Positions 38,233 through 47,290 of a DNA stretch of 64,000 bases are shown here, in pieces. Within the stretch, counting starts at the first letter, position 1; every line of letters starts with the position of its first letter. Source of the DNA: Candidatus Pelagibacterales bacterium (GTDB lineage Bacteria > Pseudomonadota > Alphaproteobacteria > TMED109); the NCBI GenBank assembly GCA_002715505.1, contig PAZF01000009.1, positions 4,583 to 68,582 of the forward strand. The letters run 5' to 3'. The notes beneath the pieces were generated by a model. It did no database searches. It worked only from the letters and a program-made list of their open reading frames with translations, and had not been told where the DNA came from. Position numbers and translations under genes: made by a program.

Positions 38233-39915
38233 ATGCAAAACATCAATAAAAAAGCTCCTGGAAGAAGAAATAAAATATTCTTTAATAAAGGTAGACAAGT
38301 TGACAAAACAGCACTTGTAGAAATTAAAGATTTATTAAGTGGTTATTTTCCTCTTAAAAAAGATATGTTAATCGAATACTTGCATATACTTAATGATAAA
38401 TATAATGGGTTATTTCCAAGGCACTTAAAAGCATTATCAGAGTTATCCAAATTAAGTATGTCTGAAATTTATGAAGTGGCTAGTTTTTATGCTCATTTTC
38501 ATCTAATTAACGAAGATAGTGATAAAGTTCCGGATGTTACAATTAAAGTTTGTGATAGTATTACCTGCACGATGTATGATTCTGAAAAATTATATCATAC
38601 AACTAAACTTAAGTATAAAAACTTTAGAGTAGAAAAAGCTCCATGTATGGGAAGATGTAATTATGCACCTATTGTTGAAGTTAATCACAACCATATTCTA
38701 AATGCTGATAATGATAAAATATCTAAAGCAATAACAGAAAAAAATTTTTCATATAAAAATGATAATTATATTACATTTGAAGAGTATGTAAATGGAGGGG
38801 GATACGAACTCTATCATAAAATTAAGTCTGGTGAAGTAACTTTTGAAAAAATGACAGAAGTTTTTTCTAAGGCTGGATTAAGAGGGTTAGGAGGAGCAGG
38901 TTTTCCAGCATACAAAAAATGGCAATTTGTCAGATCTTATAAGGCACCCAGACTTATGTGTATCAACGCAGATGAAGGAGAACCAGGGACGTTTAAGGAT
39001 AGATTTTATCTTAATAAAGATCCTCACAGGTTTTTAGAAGGGACACTAATAGGAGCTAAACTTGTAGACGCTGAAAAATGTTATATTTATATTAGGGATG
39101 AGTATTACGGTCTTATTAAATTAATTGAAAAACAAATAGAAATTTTAGAAAATAATAATATTGTTTCTAAAGGTCATTTAGAAGTAAGACGAGGAGCGGG
39201 AGCTTACATTTGCGGAGAAGAATCCGCTTTAATAGAGTCAGTAGAAGGAAAAAGAGGCTTGCCAAGAAATAGGCCTCCTTACGTTGCAGAAGTAGGATTA
39301 TTTGGAAGGCCAACTTTAGTTCACAATGTTGAAACTGTCTTTTGGATTAGAGAGATTTTTGAAAAGGGTGGAGAATGGTTTAGTTCCTATGGAAGAAATG
39401 GAAGAAAGGGATTAAGAACATTTTCTGTTTCAGGCTTTGTAAAGAAGCCAGGAATTAAATTAACAGATGCTGGAATTACTGTAAAAGAATTAATCAACGA
39501 ACATTGTGGGGGAATGTTAGATGGTCACAAATTTAAAGGATATTTGCCTGGGGGCGCTTCAGGAGGCATACTTCCAGCTGTTTTAGGGAATATACCACTA
39601 GACTTTGACACGCTTCAAGAGTATGATTGTTTTATAGGATCAGCAGCAATAGTAGTACTTTCAGATAAGGTTAACATGAAAGATATAGGTTTAAATTTGA
39701 TGAAATTTTTTGAAGACGAGAGTTGTGGACAATGTACGCCATGCAGGAATGGAACATCTATGGCAGTTAAACTTATGAAAGAAAAAAGTTGGAATATCCC
39801 ACTTTTAACCAAACTTTCTAAAACTATGAATAAAGCCTCGATATGTGGTTTAGGTCAAGCAGCTCCAAATCCTTTGCAATCTATTATTAAACATTTTAAT
39901 AAAGACGTTGTTTAG
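38233..39915 (+). CDS. fdsB: NAD-dependent formate dehydrogenase diaphorase subunit, fused gamma (NuoE-like) and beta (NuoF-like)
   Basis: 560-aa ORF. The N-terminal part has [2Fe-2S] ligands of NuoE type (CDSITC ... CMGRC). The rest has the NuoF-type FMN/NAD site (GLRGLGGAGFPAYKKW) and a 4Fe-4S motif (ESCGQCTPCRNG). Confidence 0.85.
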   Translation: MQNINKKAPGRRNKIFFNKGRQVDKTALVEIKDLLSGYFPLKKDMLIEYLHILNDKYNGLFPRHLKALSELSKLSMSEIYEVASFYAHFHLINEDSDKVPDVTIKVCDSITCTMYDSEKLYHTTKLKYKNFRVEKAPCMGRCNYAPIVEVNHNHILNADNDKISKAITEKNFSYKNDNYITFEEYVNGGGYELYHKIKSGEVTFEKMTEVFSKAGLRGLGGAGFPAYKKWQFVRSYKAPRLMCINADEGEPGTFKDRFYLNKDPHRFLEGTLIGAKLVDAEKCYIYIRDEYYGLIKLIEKQIEILENNNIVSKGHLEVRRGAGAYICGEESALIESVEGKRGLPRNRPPYVAEVGLFGRPTLVHNVETVFWIREIFEKGGEWFSSYGRNGRKGLRTFSVSGFVKKPGIKLTDAGITVKELINEHCGGMLDGHKFKGYLPGGASGGILPAVLGNIPLDFDTLQEYDCFIGSAAIVVLSDKVNMKDIGLNLMKFFEDESCGQCTPCRNGTSMAVKLMKEKSWNIPLLTKLSKTMNKASICGLGQAAPNPLQSIIKHFNKDVV

Positions 39916-39916
39916 A

Positions 39917-42658
39917 ATGATTAAGTTTAAACTTAATGGAAAAGAAATATCAGCTAAAGAAGATGAGAGCATTTGGACGGCTGCAAAGCGAAATAAAATA
40001 GAAATTCCTCATCTATGTCATGCTGATGAGGTTGGATACGATCCTGACGGTAATTGCAGAGCTTGCGTGGTTCAAATTGATAAAGAGAGGACTCTAGCAG
40101 CTTCATGTATAAGGAAACCTGTTGAAGGCATGGAAGTAAATTCTATTAGTAGTGATGTAAAAAACACTCAAAAAATGATATTTGAACTTTTAGCTGCAGA
40201 CCAGCCTTGCAAAGATAATCATCCTGATCCAAAATCTAAATTCTGGAATTGGAGTCAAAAATTAGAAGTTGATGAAAATCAATTTCCTAAGAACAAGACT
40301 ATAAAAAAAGATATATCTCATCCTTCTATGCATGTAAATTTAGAAGCTTGTATTAATTGCAACCTTTGTGTGAGAGCATGCAGAGAGGTTCAATCTAATG
40401 ACGTAATAGGTATGGCCTACAGAGGACATAAGTCTAAAGTAATTTTTGATTTTGATGATGATATGGGTTCTTCCTCATGTGTAGGTTGTGGTGAATGTGT
40501 CCAAGCTTGTCCGACTGGAGCTCTCATGGAAAAAAGCCTTTTAAATGAAAGAGGATCTAGAGAAGTTTTTCCAGATAAAACAGTTAATAGCTTATGTCCT
40601 TATTGTGGAGTAGGTTGTCAGACCAAAGTATTTGTTAAAAATAATAAAATTGTACAAGTTGATGGAAGAGATGGGCCTGCAAATAATCAAAAATTATGCG
40701 TTAAAGGTAGATTTGGTTTTGATTATATTCATGATGACGGAAGACTTACAAGGCCTTTAATAAGAAGGGCAGGAGTTGAGAAGAAGAAAATTAATGATTA
40801 TTCTAAACTGAAAGTTAATGATTATTTTAGAGAGGCTACTTGGGAAGAAGTTATAAATCTTTCTGCTAGTAAACTTAAACAAATAAAAAATAATTTTGGA
40901 TCGTCATCAATATGCGGTTTTGGTTCTGCTAAGGGTTCAAATGAAGAAGCATATCTTTTTCAAAAGTTAATTAGGACTGCTTTTAAAACCAATAACGTTG
41001 ATCATTGTACTAGATTGTGCCATGCATCTTCTGTAGCAGCATTAATGGAGTGTGTAGGATCAGGTGCAGTATCTGCTCCTTTTACAGCAGTTAAAGATGC
41101 AGATTGTATGATAATTATAGGAGCTAGGCCAACTACAAATCATCCAGTAGCTGCTACTTATTTCAAAAGAGCGGCAAAGGACGGAAAAAAGCTCATTATA
41201 ATGGATCCAAGAAAACAAGATTTGTCTAGGCATGCATACAGACATCTCCAGTTTAAACCTGGAAAGGATGTAGCTTTACTCAATTCAATGATTTATACCA
41301 TAATAGAAGAAAAACTTTATGATGAGCAATATATAGCTTCTATGACAGAGGGTTTCAAATCACTTAAAGAAAATATAAAAAAATTTAAGCCAGAAGATAT
41401 GGAAAAAGTTTGTGATATTAAGGCTGCTGATATCAGAGATACGGCCAGGGTTTATGCAAAATCTGAGAGATCCATAATATTTTGGGGTATGGGAGTATCA
41501 CAACACATACATGGAACAGACAATTCAAGATGTCTAATAACACTTGCATTAATTACAGGTCACATAGGAAGACCTGGAACAGGACTGCATCCTTTAAGAG
41601 GGCAAAACAATGTACAAGGTGCTTCTGATGCAGGGCTTATACCTATGGTATTTCCGGATTATAAGTCTGTTGAAGATGAAGATATCCATAATAATATGGA
41701 AGCTTTTTGGGAAACGCAACTTGATGATAAAAAAGGGTTAACTGTAGTGGAAATTATAGACAGTGTCTGTAAAGGAAAAATAAAAGGAATGTATGTAATG
41801 GGAGAAAACCCAGTTATGTCAGACCCTGATCAAAACCATACAATTGAAGGTATGACTAAACTAGATACTTTAGTAGTTCAAGATATTTTTATGACAGAAA
41901 CTGCTTGGTATGCTGATATAATTCTTCCAGCATCAGCACATGCTGAAAAAAATGGAACTTTTACAAACACTAACAGACAAGTCCAGATGGGTAGAAAAGT
42001 TGTGGATGCTCCCGGTGATGCTAGAGAGGATTTGGATATTATAGTTGATCTAGCCAATGCATTGGGGCTTGATTGGAAATATAAGCATGCTTCTGACGTT
42101 TTCAAAGAGATGTCAGAGATAATGCCTTCTCTTAAAAACATTACGTGGGATAGAGTTGATGCAGAGGATTCTGTTACCTATCCATGTGAAGCTAAAGATC
42201 AGCCAGGTAGTGAAATAGTATTTTCACAGAAATTTCCTACCACTTCGGGTCTAGGAAAGATAGTTCCTACAAATATAATTTCACCAGATGAGCTTCCAGA
42301 TCAAGAATTTCCATTTGTTTTAACTACGGGGCGCTTGTTAGAACATTGGCATACTGGAGCGATGACAAGAAGGTCTGTTACTTTAGATAAAATAGAGCCT
42401 CAAGCTGTAGTAAGTATGAATAGTCATGACATGGATTATCTTAAATTACAACCTGGAAATAAAGTAAAAGTTCAAACTAGACGAGGTTCAATTATGTTAA
42501 GTGTTAGGCAAGATAGAGAGTTGCCTAAAGGAATGATTTTTATACCTTTTTGCTTCTCAGAAGCAGCTGCTAATAAGCTAACTAATCCACAATTAGATCC
42601 ATATGGAAAAATCCCTGAATTTAAATATTGTGCTGCAAAAGTAGAAATCAATAATTAA
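39917..42658 (+). CDS. fdsA: Formate dehydrogenase catalytic (alpha) subunit, molybdopterin, Cys type
   Basis: The ORF track starts at TTG 39908; the ATG at 39917 lies 1 nt after the fdsB stop. There is an N-terminal 2Fe-2S/4Fe-4S ferredoxin region and a MopB domain. The active-site segment NVDHCTRLCHASS has Cys where FdhF has Sec, and there is no in-frame TGA. Confidence 0.92.
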   Translation: MIKFKLNGKEISAKEDESIWTAAKRNKIEIPHLCHADEVGYDPDGNCRACVVQIDKERTLAASCIRKPVEGMEVNSISSDVKNTQKMIFELLAADQPCKDNHPDPKSKFWNWSQKLEVDENQFPKNKTIKKDISHPSMHVNLEACINCNLCVRACREVQSNDVIGMAYRGHKSKVIFDFDDDMGSSSCVGCGECVQACPTGALMEKSLLNERGSREVFPDKTVNSLCPYCGVGCQTKVFVKNNKIVQVDGRDGPANNQKLCVKGRFGFDYIHDDGRLTRPLIRRAGVEKKKINDYSKLKVNDYFREATWEEVINLSASKLKQIKNNFGSSSICGFGSAKGSNEEAYLFQKLIRTAFKTNNVDHCTRLCHASSVAALMECVGSGAVSAPFTAVKDADCMIIIGARPTTNHPVAATYFKRAAKDGKKLIIMDPRKQDLSRHAYRHLQFKPGKDVALLNSMIYTIIEEKLYDEQYIASMTEGFKSLKENIKKFKPEDMEKVCDIKAADIRDTARVYAKSERSIIFWGMGVSQHIHGTDNSRCLITLALITGHIGRPGTGLHPLRGQNNVQGASDAGLIPMVFPDYKSVEDEDIHNNMEAFWETQLDDKKGLTVVEIIDSVCKGKIKGMYVMGENPVMSDPDQNHTIEGMTKLDTLVVQDIFMTETAWYADIILPASAHAEKNGTFTNTNRQVQMGRKVVDAPGDAREDLDIIVDLANALGLDWKYKHASDVFKEMSEIMPSLKNITWDRVDAEDSVTYPCEAKDQPGSEIVFSQKFPTTSGLGKIVPTNIISPDELPDQEFPFVLTTGRLLEHWHTGAMTRRSVTLDKIEPQAVVSMNSHDMDYLKLQPGNKVKVQTRRGSIMLSVRQDRELPKGMIFIPFCFSEAAANKLTNPQLDPYGKIPEFKYCAAKVEINN

Positions 42659-42713
42659 CTCTAGCATTATTTTAACTTAAAGATTATTATAAACTACCTA
42701 AAGGAGAAAAAAA

Positions 42714-44465
42714 ATGACTGATTCAAAAAGTTCTAATGGTTTCTTTTCTTTTCTACTAAAAGATAGGATTGTTGCCTCAAAAGATTTTAATCGTTGGAGA
42801 ATTCCTCCAGCCTCTATTGCAATACATTTATGTATCGGATCTGTATATGCCTGGAGTATCTTTAATCCTGCTCTGATCAAGGAGTTAGGAGTTGTATCAA
42901 GTTCTGCTGATGATTGGAGTTTAAGCGCAGTGGTTTGGATATTTTCAGTTGCGATAGTAAGTCTTGGCTTAGCAGCTGCAATTGCAGGTAAGTGGCTAGA
43001 AGATGTTGGCCCCAGATGTGTAGGTGTAACTGCTGCCACTTTATGGGGAGGAGGTTTTATAATAGGAAGTTTAGGTATTTATACTCATCAACTTTGGCTA
43101 GTTTACTTAGGTTATGGAGTTTTTGGTGGATGTGGTTTGGGATTAGGTTACGTATCTCCAGTTTCTACTTTGATTAGATGGTTTCCAGATAGAAGAGGAA
43201 TGGCCACTGGTATGGCAATTATGGGATTTGGAGGAGGAGCAATGATAGGAGCCCCCTTAAAGAAATTTTTATTAGACTATTTTGCTAGGGCTCCAGAGTT
43301 TTTAGGGCCGGAAAATGCTTTAAATTTAATAACAGAGGGAGGAAGAAGATTTGTAGAAGTTGCAGGAGAAAAAGTAGAAGTTATAGTAGCCTCTGCTGCA
43401 GAAGCAGCACAGATGGCTGTTCCTGGTGATGCTGGAGTATATGTTGTTGGAACAGGAAATACAGGTGCTACAGGAGCATTTTTAACTTTGGGAATTGTTT
43501 ATTTTATAATTATGATAATTGCTTCTTTTCAGTACAGAGTTCCTGCGGAAGGATGGGCACCAAAGGGATATACACCACCTACGCCGGAGGAGTCTGCATC
43601 TAAAATGAAAACACTAGATAATGTTCATATTAACCAAGCCATTAAAACACCTCAATTTTATCAATTATGGATAGTTTTATGTTTTAATGTTTCTGCTGGA
43701 ATAGGAGTTATAGGTGTGGCAAAAACTATGATGTCTGAAATATTTGGTTCCGCTCCTAGTGGATCAGAACTAGCAAGCATAGTCACGGCAACGTTTGCAG
43801 GAACATATGTTTTAATGATTAGTGTTTTTAATATGTGTGGAAGAATTATATGGGCTTCTTTATCAGACTATATTGGAAGAAAGAATACTTATCATTGTTT
43901 CTTTGTAATAGGTACTTTGCTTTATCTATCAATACCCTTTACTGCTAGTGCGGTCAGTGTAAATCCTTCAGTTATGTACTTAGTAATGTTTTATGCAGCA
44001 ACTATGATAATTTTTACTATGTATGGAGGAGGTTTTGCTACTATCCCTGCATATCTAGCAGATATGTTTGGTACGATGCACGTTGGTGGTATTCATGGAA
44101 GACTTTTAACTGCATGGAGCACAGCAGGTGTATTAGGACCATTTGCAATAACATATTTAAGAAATATGTCAGTCACTGACTCAATTAATAACCTTGTTTC
44201 AAAAGTGGACCCCAATTTATTTTTAGATAAATTTGGTGCTCCTATAGAGAAATTGGATGAATTGGTAAAAGCCAAAACAGTAACAGTTTCTAGGCTTATG
44301 GAAATAGTGCCAGAAGGAACTGTGGACCCTACGCCTAGCTTATATAACACAACTATGTATGCTATGGCGGCCCTTTTAGTAATAGCTTTTTTCTCTAATT
44401 TGCTTATTAGACCTGTGAACTCTAAACATCACGTGCAAAATACACATCCAGGTTTTTTAAAGTAG
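42714..44465 (+). CDS. MFS transporter, oxalate/formate antiporter (OFA) family
   Basis: 583-aa polytopic ORF with an OFA-type N-terminus (NRWRIPPASIAIHLCIGSVYAWSIF) and a strong AAGGAG Shine-Dalgarno. It is embedded between fdsA and fdhD. Confidence 0.8.
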   Translation: MTDSKSSNGFFSFLLKDRIVASKDFNRWRIPPASIAIHLCIGSVYAWSIFNPALIKELGVVSSSADDWSLSAVVWIFSVAIVSLGLAAAIAGKWLEDVGPRCVGVTAATLWGGGFIIGSLGIYTHQLWLVYLGYGVFGGCGLGLGYVSPVSTLIRWFPDRRGMATGMAIMGFGGGAMIGAPLKKFLLDYFARAPEFLGPENALNLITEGGRRFVEVAGEKVEVIVASAAEAAQMAVPGDAGVYVVGTGNTGATGAFLTLGIVYFIIMIIASFQYRVPAEGWAPKGYTPPTPEESASKMKTLDNVHINQAIKTPQFYQLWIVLCFNVSAGIGVIGVAKTMMSEIFGSAPSGSELASIVTATFAGTYVLMISVFNMCGRIIWASLSDYIGRKNTYHCFFVIGTLLYLSIPFTASAVSVNPSVMYLVMFYAATMIIFTMYGGGFATIPAYLADMFGTMHVGGIHGRLLTAWSTAGVLGPFAITYLRNMSVTDSINNLVSKVDPNLFLDKFGAPIEKLDELVKAKTVTVSRLMEIVPEGTVDPTPSLYNTTMYAMAALLVIAFFSNLLIRPVNSKHHVQNTHPGFLK

Positions 44466-44473
44466 ACATTTTT

Positions 44474-44520
44474 GTGAGGAATTATTAAAAAAGTAAAACC
44501 AAATACTAATAATTCCTCAC
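44474..44520 (+). repeat. Perfect 14-bp inverted repeat (stem-loop) with a 19-nt loop
   Basis: GTGAGGAATTATTA (44474-44487) is the exact reverse complement of TAATAATTCCTCAC (44507-44520). It lies 9 nt after the transporter stop codon. Confidence 0.9.
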
Positions 44521-44522
44521 TA

Positions 44523-45287
44523 ATTAAAAAAATTAGTGTATTCAATGAAGCTGGAAATACTGCTGAAACCTTTGCAATCGTTGAAAAGCCTCTTGCAATT
44601 TATTTGAATAATACTCATGTAGTAACAGCTATGACGATTGGTGATTATCCAGAATATTTAGCTTTAGGATTTTTGGCAAATCAAAATATTTTAAGTATTT
44701 CTCACAATGATATACCAAAAGTTGAATATTACGACGATATTGAAACAGTCGTAGTGAGAACAAAGAAAAAATCTAATTTTGAAATTAAAGAAAAAGAAAA
44801 AATTAAAACTTCAGGATGTGCTAATGGAACTATTTTTGGAAACTTATTAGAGAATTTTGAAAAATATAAAATTTTGAATAGTTCTTTAATAACTTCAAAA
44901 CAAATATTTGATTTATATAAAAAAATAAACTCGTTACCTTCTTTATATTTAAAATCTGGAGCTATTCATGGATGTTTATTATGTACAATTAATGAACCTT
45001 TAGCATTTTTTGAAGATGTAGGGAGGCATAATGCAATTGATAAATTAGCAGGTTATATGATTAAAGAGAATATTCACCCACATGATAAAGTTCTTTATAC
45101 AACTGGAAGGCTTACAAGTGAAATGGTAATTAAGACAGTGATGATGAAGTTGCCTATTATAGCTTCTAGATCAGGATTTACTGCATGGGGAGTTGATTTA
45201 GCAAGAAAATCTAATATTACTATGATCGGAAGACTTAGGGGAAGAACTTATACAGTTTTATCTGGAAATGAAAGAATAATAAAATAA
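44523..45287 (+). CDS. fdhD: Formate dehydrogenase accessory sulfurtransferase FdhD (start codon uncertain)
   Basis: The ORF track gives TTG 44604, which would cut the conserved VEKPLAIYLNN segment. The frame is open from 44478 with no ATG/GTG/TTG. The start was placed at the first ATT after the hairpin. FdhD core motifs are present (GCANGT, GRHNAIDK, SRSGFT). Confidence 0.8.
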   Translation: MKKISVFNEAGNTAETFAIVEKPLAIYLNNTHVVTAMTIGDYPEYLALGFLANQNILSISHNDIPKVEYYDDIETVVVRTKKKSNFEIKEKEKIKTSGCANGTIFGNLLENFEKYKILNSSLITSKQIFDLYKKINSLPSLYLKSGAIHGCLLCTINEPLAFFEDVGRHNAIDKLAGYMIKENIHPHDKVLYTTGRLTSEMVIKTVMMKLPIIASRSGFTAWGVDLARKSNITMIGRLRGRTYTVLSGNERIIK

Positions 45288-45289
45288 AC

Positions 45290-45916
45290 ATGCTTGATAA
45301 CAAAGAAATAAAATGTGTAATTTTAGCGGGGGGAAAAGGAAGTAGACTTGATGGTAAAGGAAAATTTTCTCAAATTCTTTGTAATAAAACATTATTAGAA
45401 CATGTTCTTTTTAGGTTATCTGGTCAAACTGATAATATAGCTATCAATTTTCGTGATAGTAAATCTAGCTTTTATAAAGATTATTCTTTAGTTTTAGATG
45501 AATTTAAAGAAAATATAGGTCCTTTAGCTGGAATCCATGCAGCATTATCTGATTCTATTAAAAATAAAAAAAAAGGAACTCAATTAGTAGTAACAGTTCC
45601 AGTGGACACACCATTTTTACCTCTAGATTTGATAGCTAAATTTAAAAATAAAATTAAATCTTCACTAGCTGACGTTGTAGTTGCATGTTCAGGAAATAGA
45701 CATCATCCTACCATTGCTATTTGGAGAGTATCTGTAATAAAAAAATTAGAATTATGCATTAAAAATAAAGTTAGAAAAATTGATATGTTTACTAAAAACT
45801 TAGAAAGGGCATATTTAAGTTGGGATGTAAGAAATTATGACCCATTCTTTAATGTAAATGACCTCAAGGATTTAAATTATGCTGAAAGTATGATAAGAAA
45901 AAATATTATTTCTTAA
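45290..45916 (+). CDS. mobA: Molybdenum cofactor guanylyltransferase
   Basis: 208-aa ORF with the MobA N-terminal motif (VILAGGKGSRL), GPLAGIHAAL and DTPFLP. Confidence 0.85.
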   Translation: MLDNKEIKCVILAGGKGSRLDGKGKFSQILCNKTLLEHVLFRLSGQTDNIAINFRDSKSSFYKDYSLVLDEFKENIGPLAGIHAALSDSIKNKKKGTQLVVTVPVDTPFLPLDLIAKFKNKIKSSLADVVVACSGNRHHPTIAIWRVSVIKKLELCIKNKVRKIDMFTKNLERAYLSWDVRNYDPFFNVNDLKDLNYAESMIRKNIIS

Positions 45917-46002
45917 GCGGTCGTGGCGGAATGGTATACGCGCAACGTTGAGGTCGTTGTGGAGGAAACTCCTTGGAGGTTCAAGTCCTCTCGACCGCAC
46001 CA
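45917..46002 (+). tRNA. tRNA-Leu (anticodon GAG), CCA encoded
   Basis: Folded by hand. The 7-bp acceptor stem is GCGGTCG/CGACCGC, and the anticodon stem-loop CAACG-TTGAGGT-CGTTG gives GAG. It has a long variable arm and the T-arm GGAGG-TTCAAGT-CCTCT. It starts on the nucleotide after the mobA stop. Confidence 0.9.
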
Positions 46003-46153
46003 CTTTATCTTTCAAATATAAATCTTTCCTCATTATTTTAATTTAAATTGCAAGCATAACTTTAGTACTTTATTACAAAAATGCAATAAAATTGCATCTA
46101 TTATCATAATGAAAAAAAAATGTTAAAATTTTTTTTAAAAGAAGGAGTAATAT

Positions 46154-47125
46154 ATGAAAATTTTATACAAAGTTTATCTATTAAGCTTTTCATTAGTAGT
46201 TTCAATGTTTATAACTAAATACGTTTTGGCTGATGGCCACGGAAATTGTAAGCATTCGAAGTGGGGAGCTGATGATGAAATTGGAGCCGCTAATTATGTT
46301 AGTGAAAAAAGAACAAAATTAGCTGCAAAGCTTGTTAAGCAAGGAAAATCACATCCATTAGGAATCGCAATTAGTAGCAAAACACCTGCTTTTCCTCCAA
46401 GAACTTTATCTCTTACTGTATTTGCACCTAACCAGAGTGCTGGAGCAGATTTAAAAGGAGCTTTGGGTTATCATATGACATATGCTGATGATATCTTAAA
46501 TACTTGGGTAGGAATCGGATCTCAAATAGATGGTTTAGGTCATTTAGGAGAAAATAATATGCTTTATAATTGTAATAAAGCAGGGGATGTTATAAAGACA
46601 ACAGGTTTAACTAAACTTGGAGTAGATAAGATACCTCCAATGATAGCTCGTGCAGTAATAATTGATATGACTAAACATTTTGGAGTAGATCATATGGATG
46701 CTGGACAAGCAATTACTCCCGATGACATTAAAGTTGCTATGAAAGATCAGGGCATTTCCGTTAATGAAGGGGACATCATACTTTTTTATACAGGATGGAC
46801 CGATGCTAAACTTAAAGATGATCCAAAAGCATGGGTGTCTGGTGAACCAGGAACTGATAATGCAGCAATGGAATATTTGATGAGTTTTAATCCTATGGCA
46901 GTAGGAGCTGATACTTGGGGTATAGATAATGTACCACCATCCAAAGGAGACAAGGTCTTTTATGGTCATGTGACTGCTCTTCAAAATAATGGTGTTTATT
47001 TACTTGAAACAATGAATACAGGAAAACTTGTAAATGAAGGTGTAAAAGAATTTATGTTTGTATTAGGACAAGCGAGAGTAGAAGGAACTGTACAAATGAT
47101 AATCAACCCAGTTGCTATTTACTAA
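46154..47125 (+). CDS. Cyclase/kynurenine-formamidase-family protein with signal peptide
   Basis: 323-aa ORF with an N-terminal signal-like segment and the family-typical WGADDEIGAANYV segment. The metal motif region reads GIGSQIDGLGH, compared with HxGTHxDxPxH in KynB. Strong GAAGGAG Shine-Dalgarno. Confidence 0.65.
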   Translation: MKILYKVYLLSFSLVVSMFITKYVLADGHGNCKHSKWGADDEIGAANYVSEKRTKLAAKLVKQGKSHPLGIAISSKTPAFPPRTLSLTVFAPNQSAGADLKGALGYHMTYADDILNTWVGIGSQIDGLGHLGENNMLYNCNKAGDVIKTTGLTKLGVDKIPPMIARAVIIDMTKHFGVDHMDAGQAITPDDIKVAMKDQGISVNEGDIILFYTGWTDAKLKDDPKAWVSGEPGTDNAAMEYLMSFNPMAVGADTWGIDNVPPSKGDKVFYGHVTALQNNGVYLLETMNTGKLVNEGVKEFMFVLGQARVEGTVQMIINPVAIY

Positions 47126-47135
47126 ATAAATTAAG

Positions 47136-47175
47136 AAACCCTTATATTTATTTAAATGTAAGGGTTTTTTATTTT
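47136..47175 (+). terminator. Rho-independent terminator
   Basis: A 9-bp stem AAACCCTTA/TAAGGGTTT with a 14-nt loop runs into a T-run (TTTTTTATTTT), 11 nt after the cyclase-family stop. Confidence 0.7.
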
Positions 47176-47290
47176 AGAAAATTTAGTTGATCTTGCTTTT
47201 TTTTTTTAGTATTTTTGCATATAAGAGGCGTTTATTAATAATTATATAAATTTAGATCCGCGTCTTGGTCTGAATAGAAAGTGATGAAAA

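Noticed and set aside
40990-41040. Possible selenocysteine (in-frame TGA) in the formate dehydrogenase alpha subunit.
   Set aside because: The ORF is uninterrupted. The active-site segment reads NVDHCTRLCHASS, with Cys at the position of Sec in FdhF, so no recoding or SECIS is needed.
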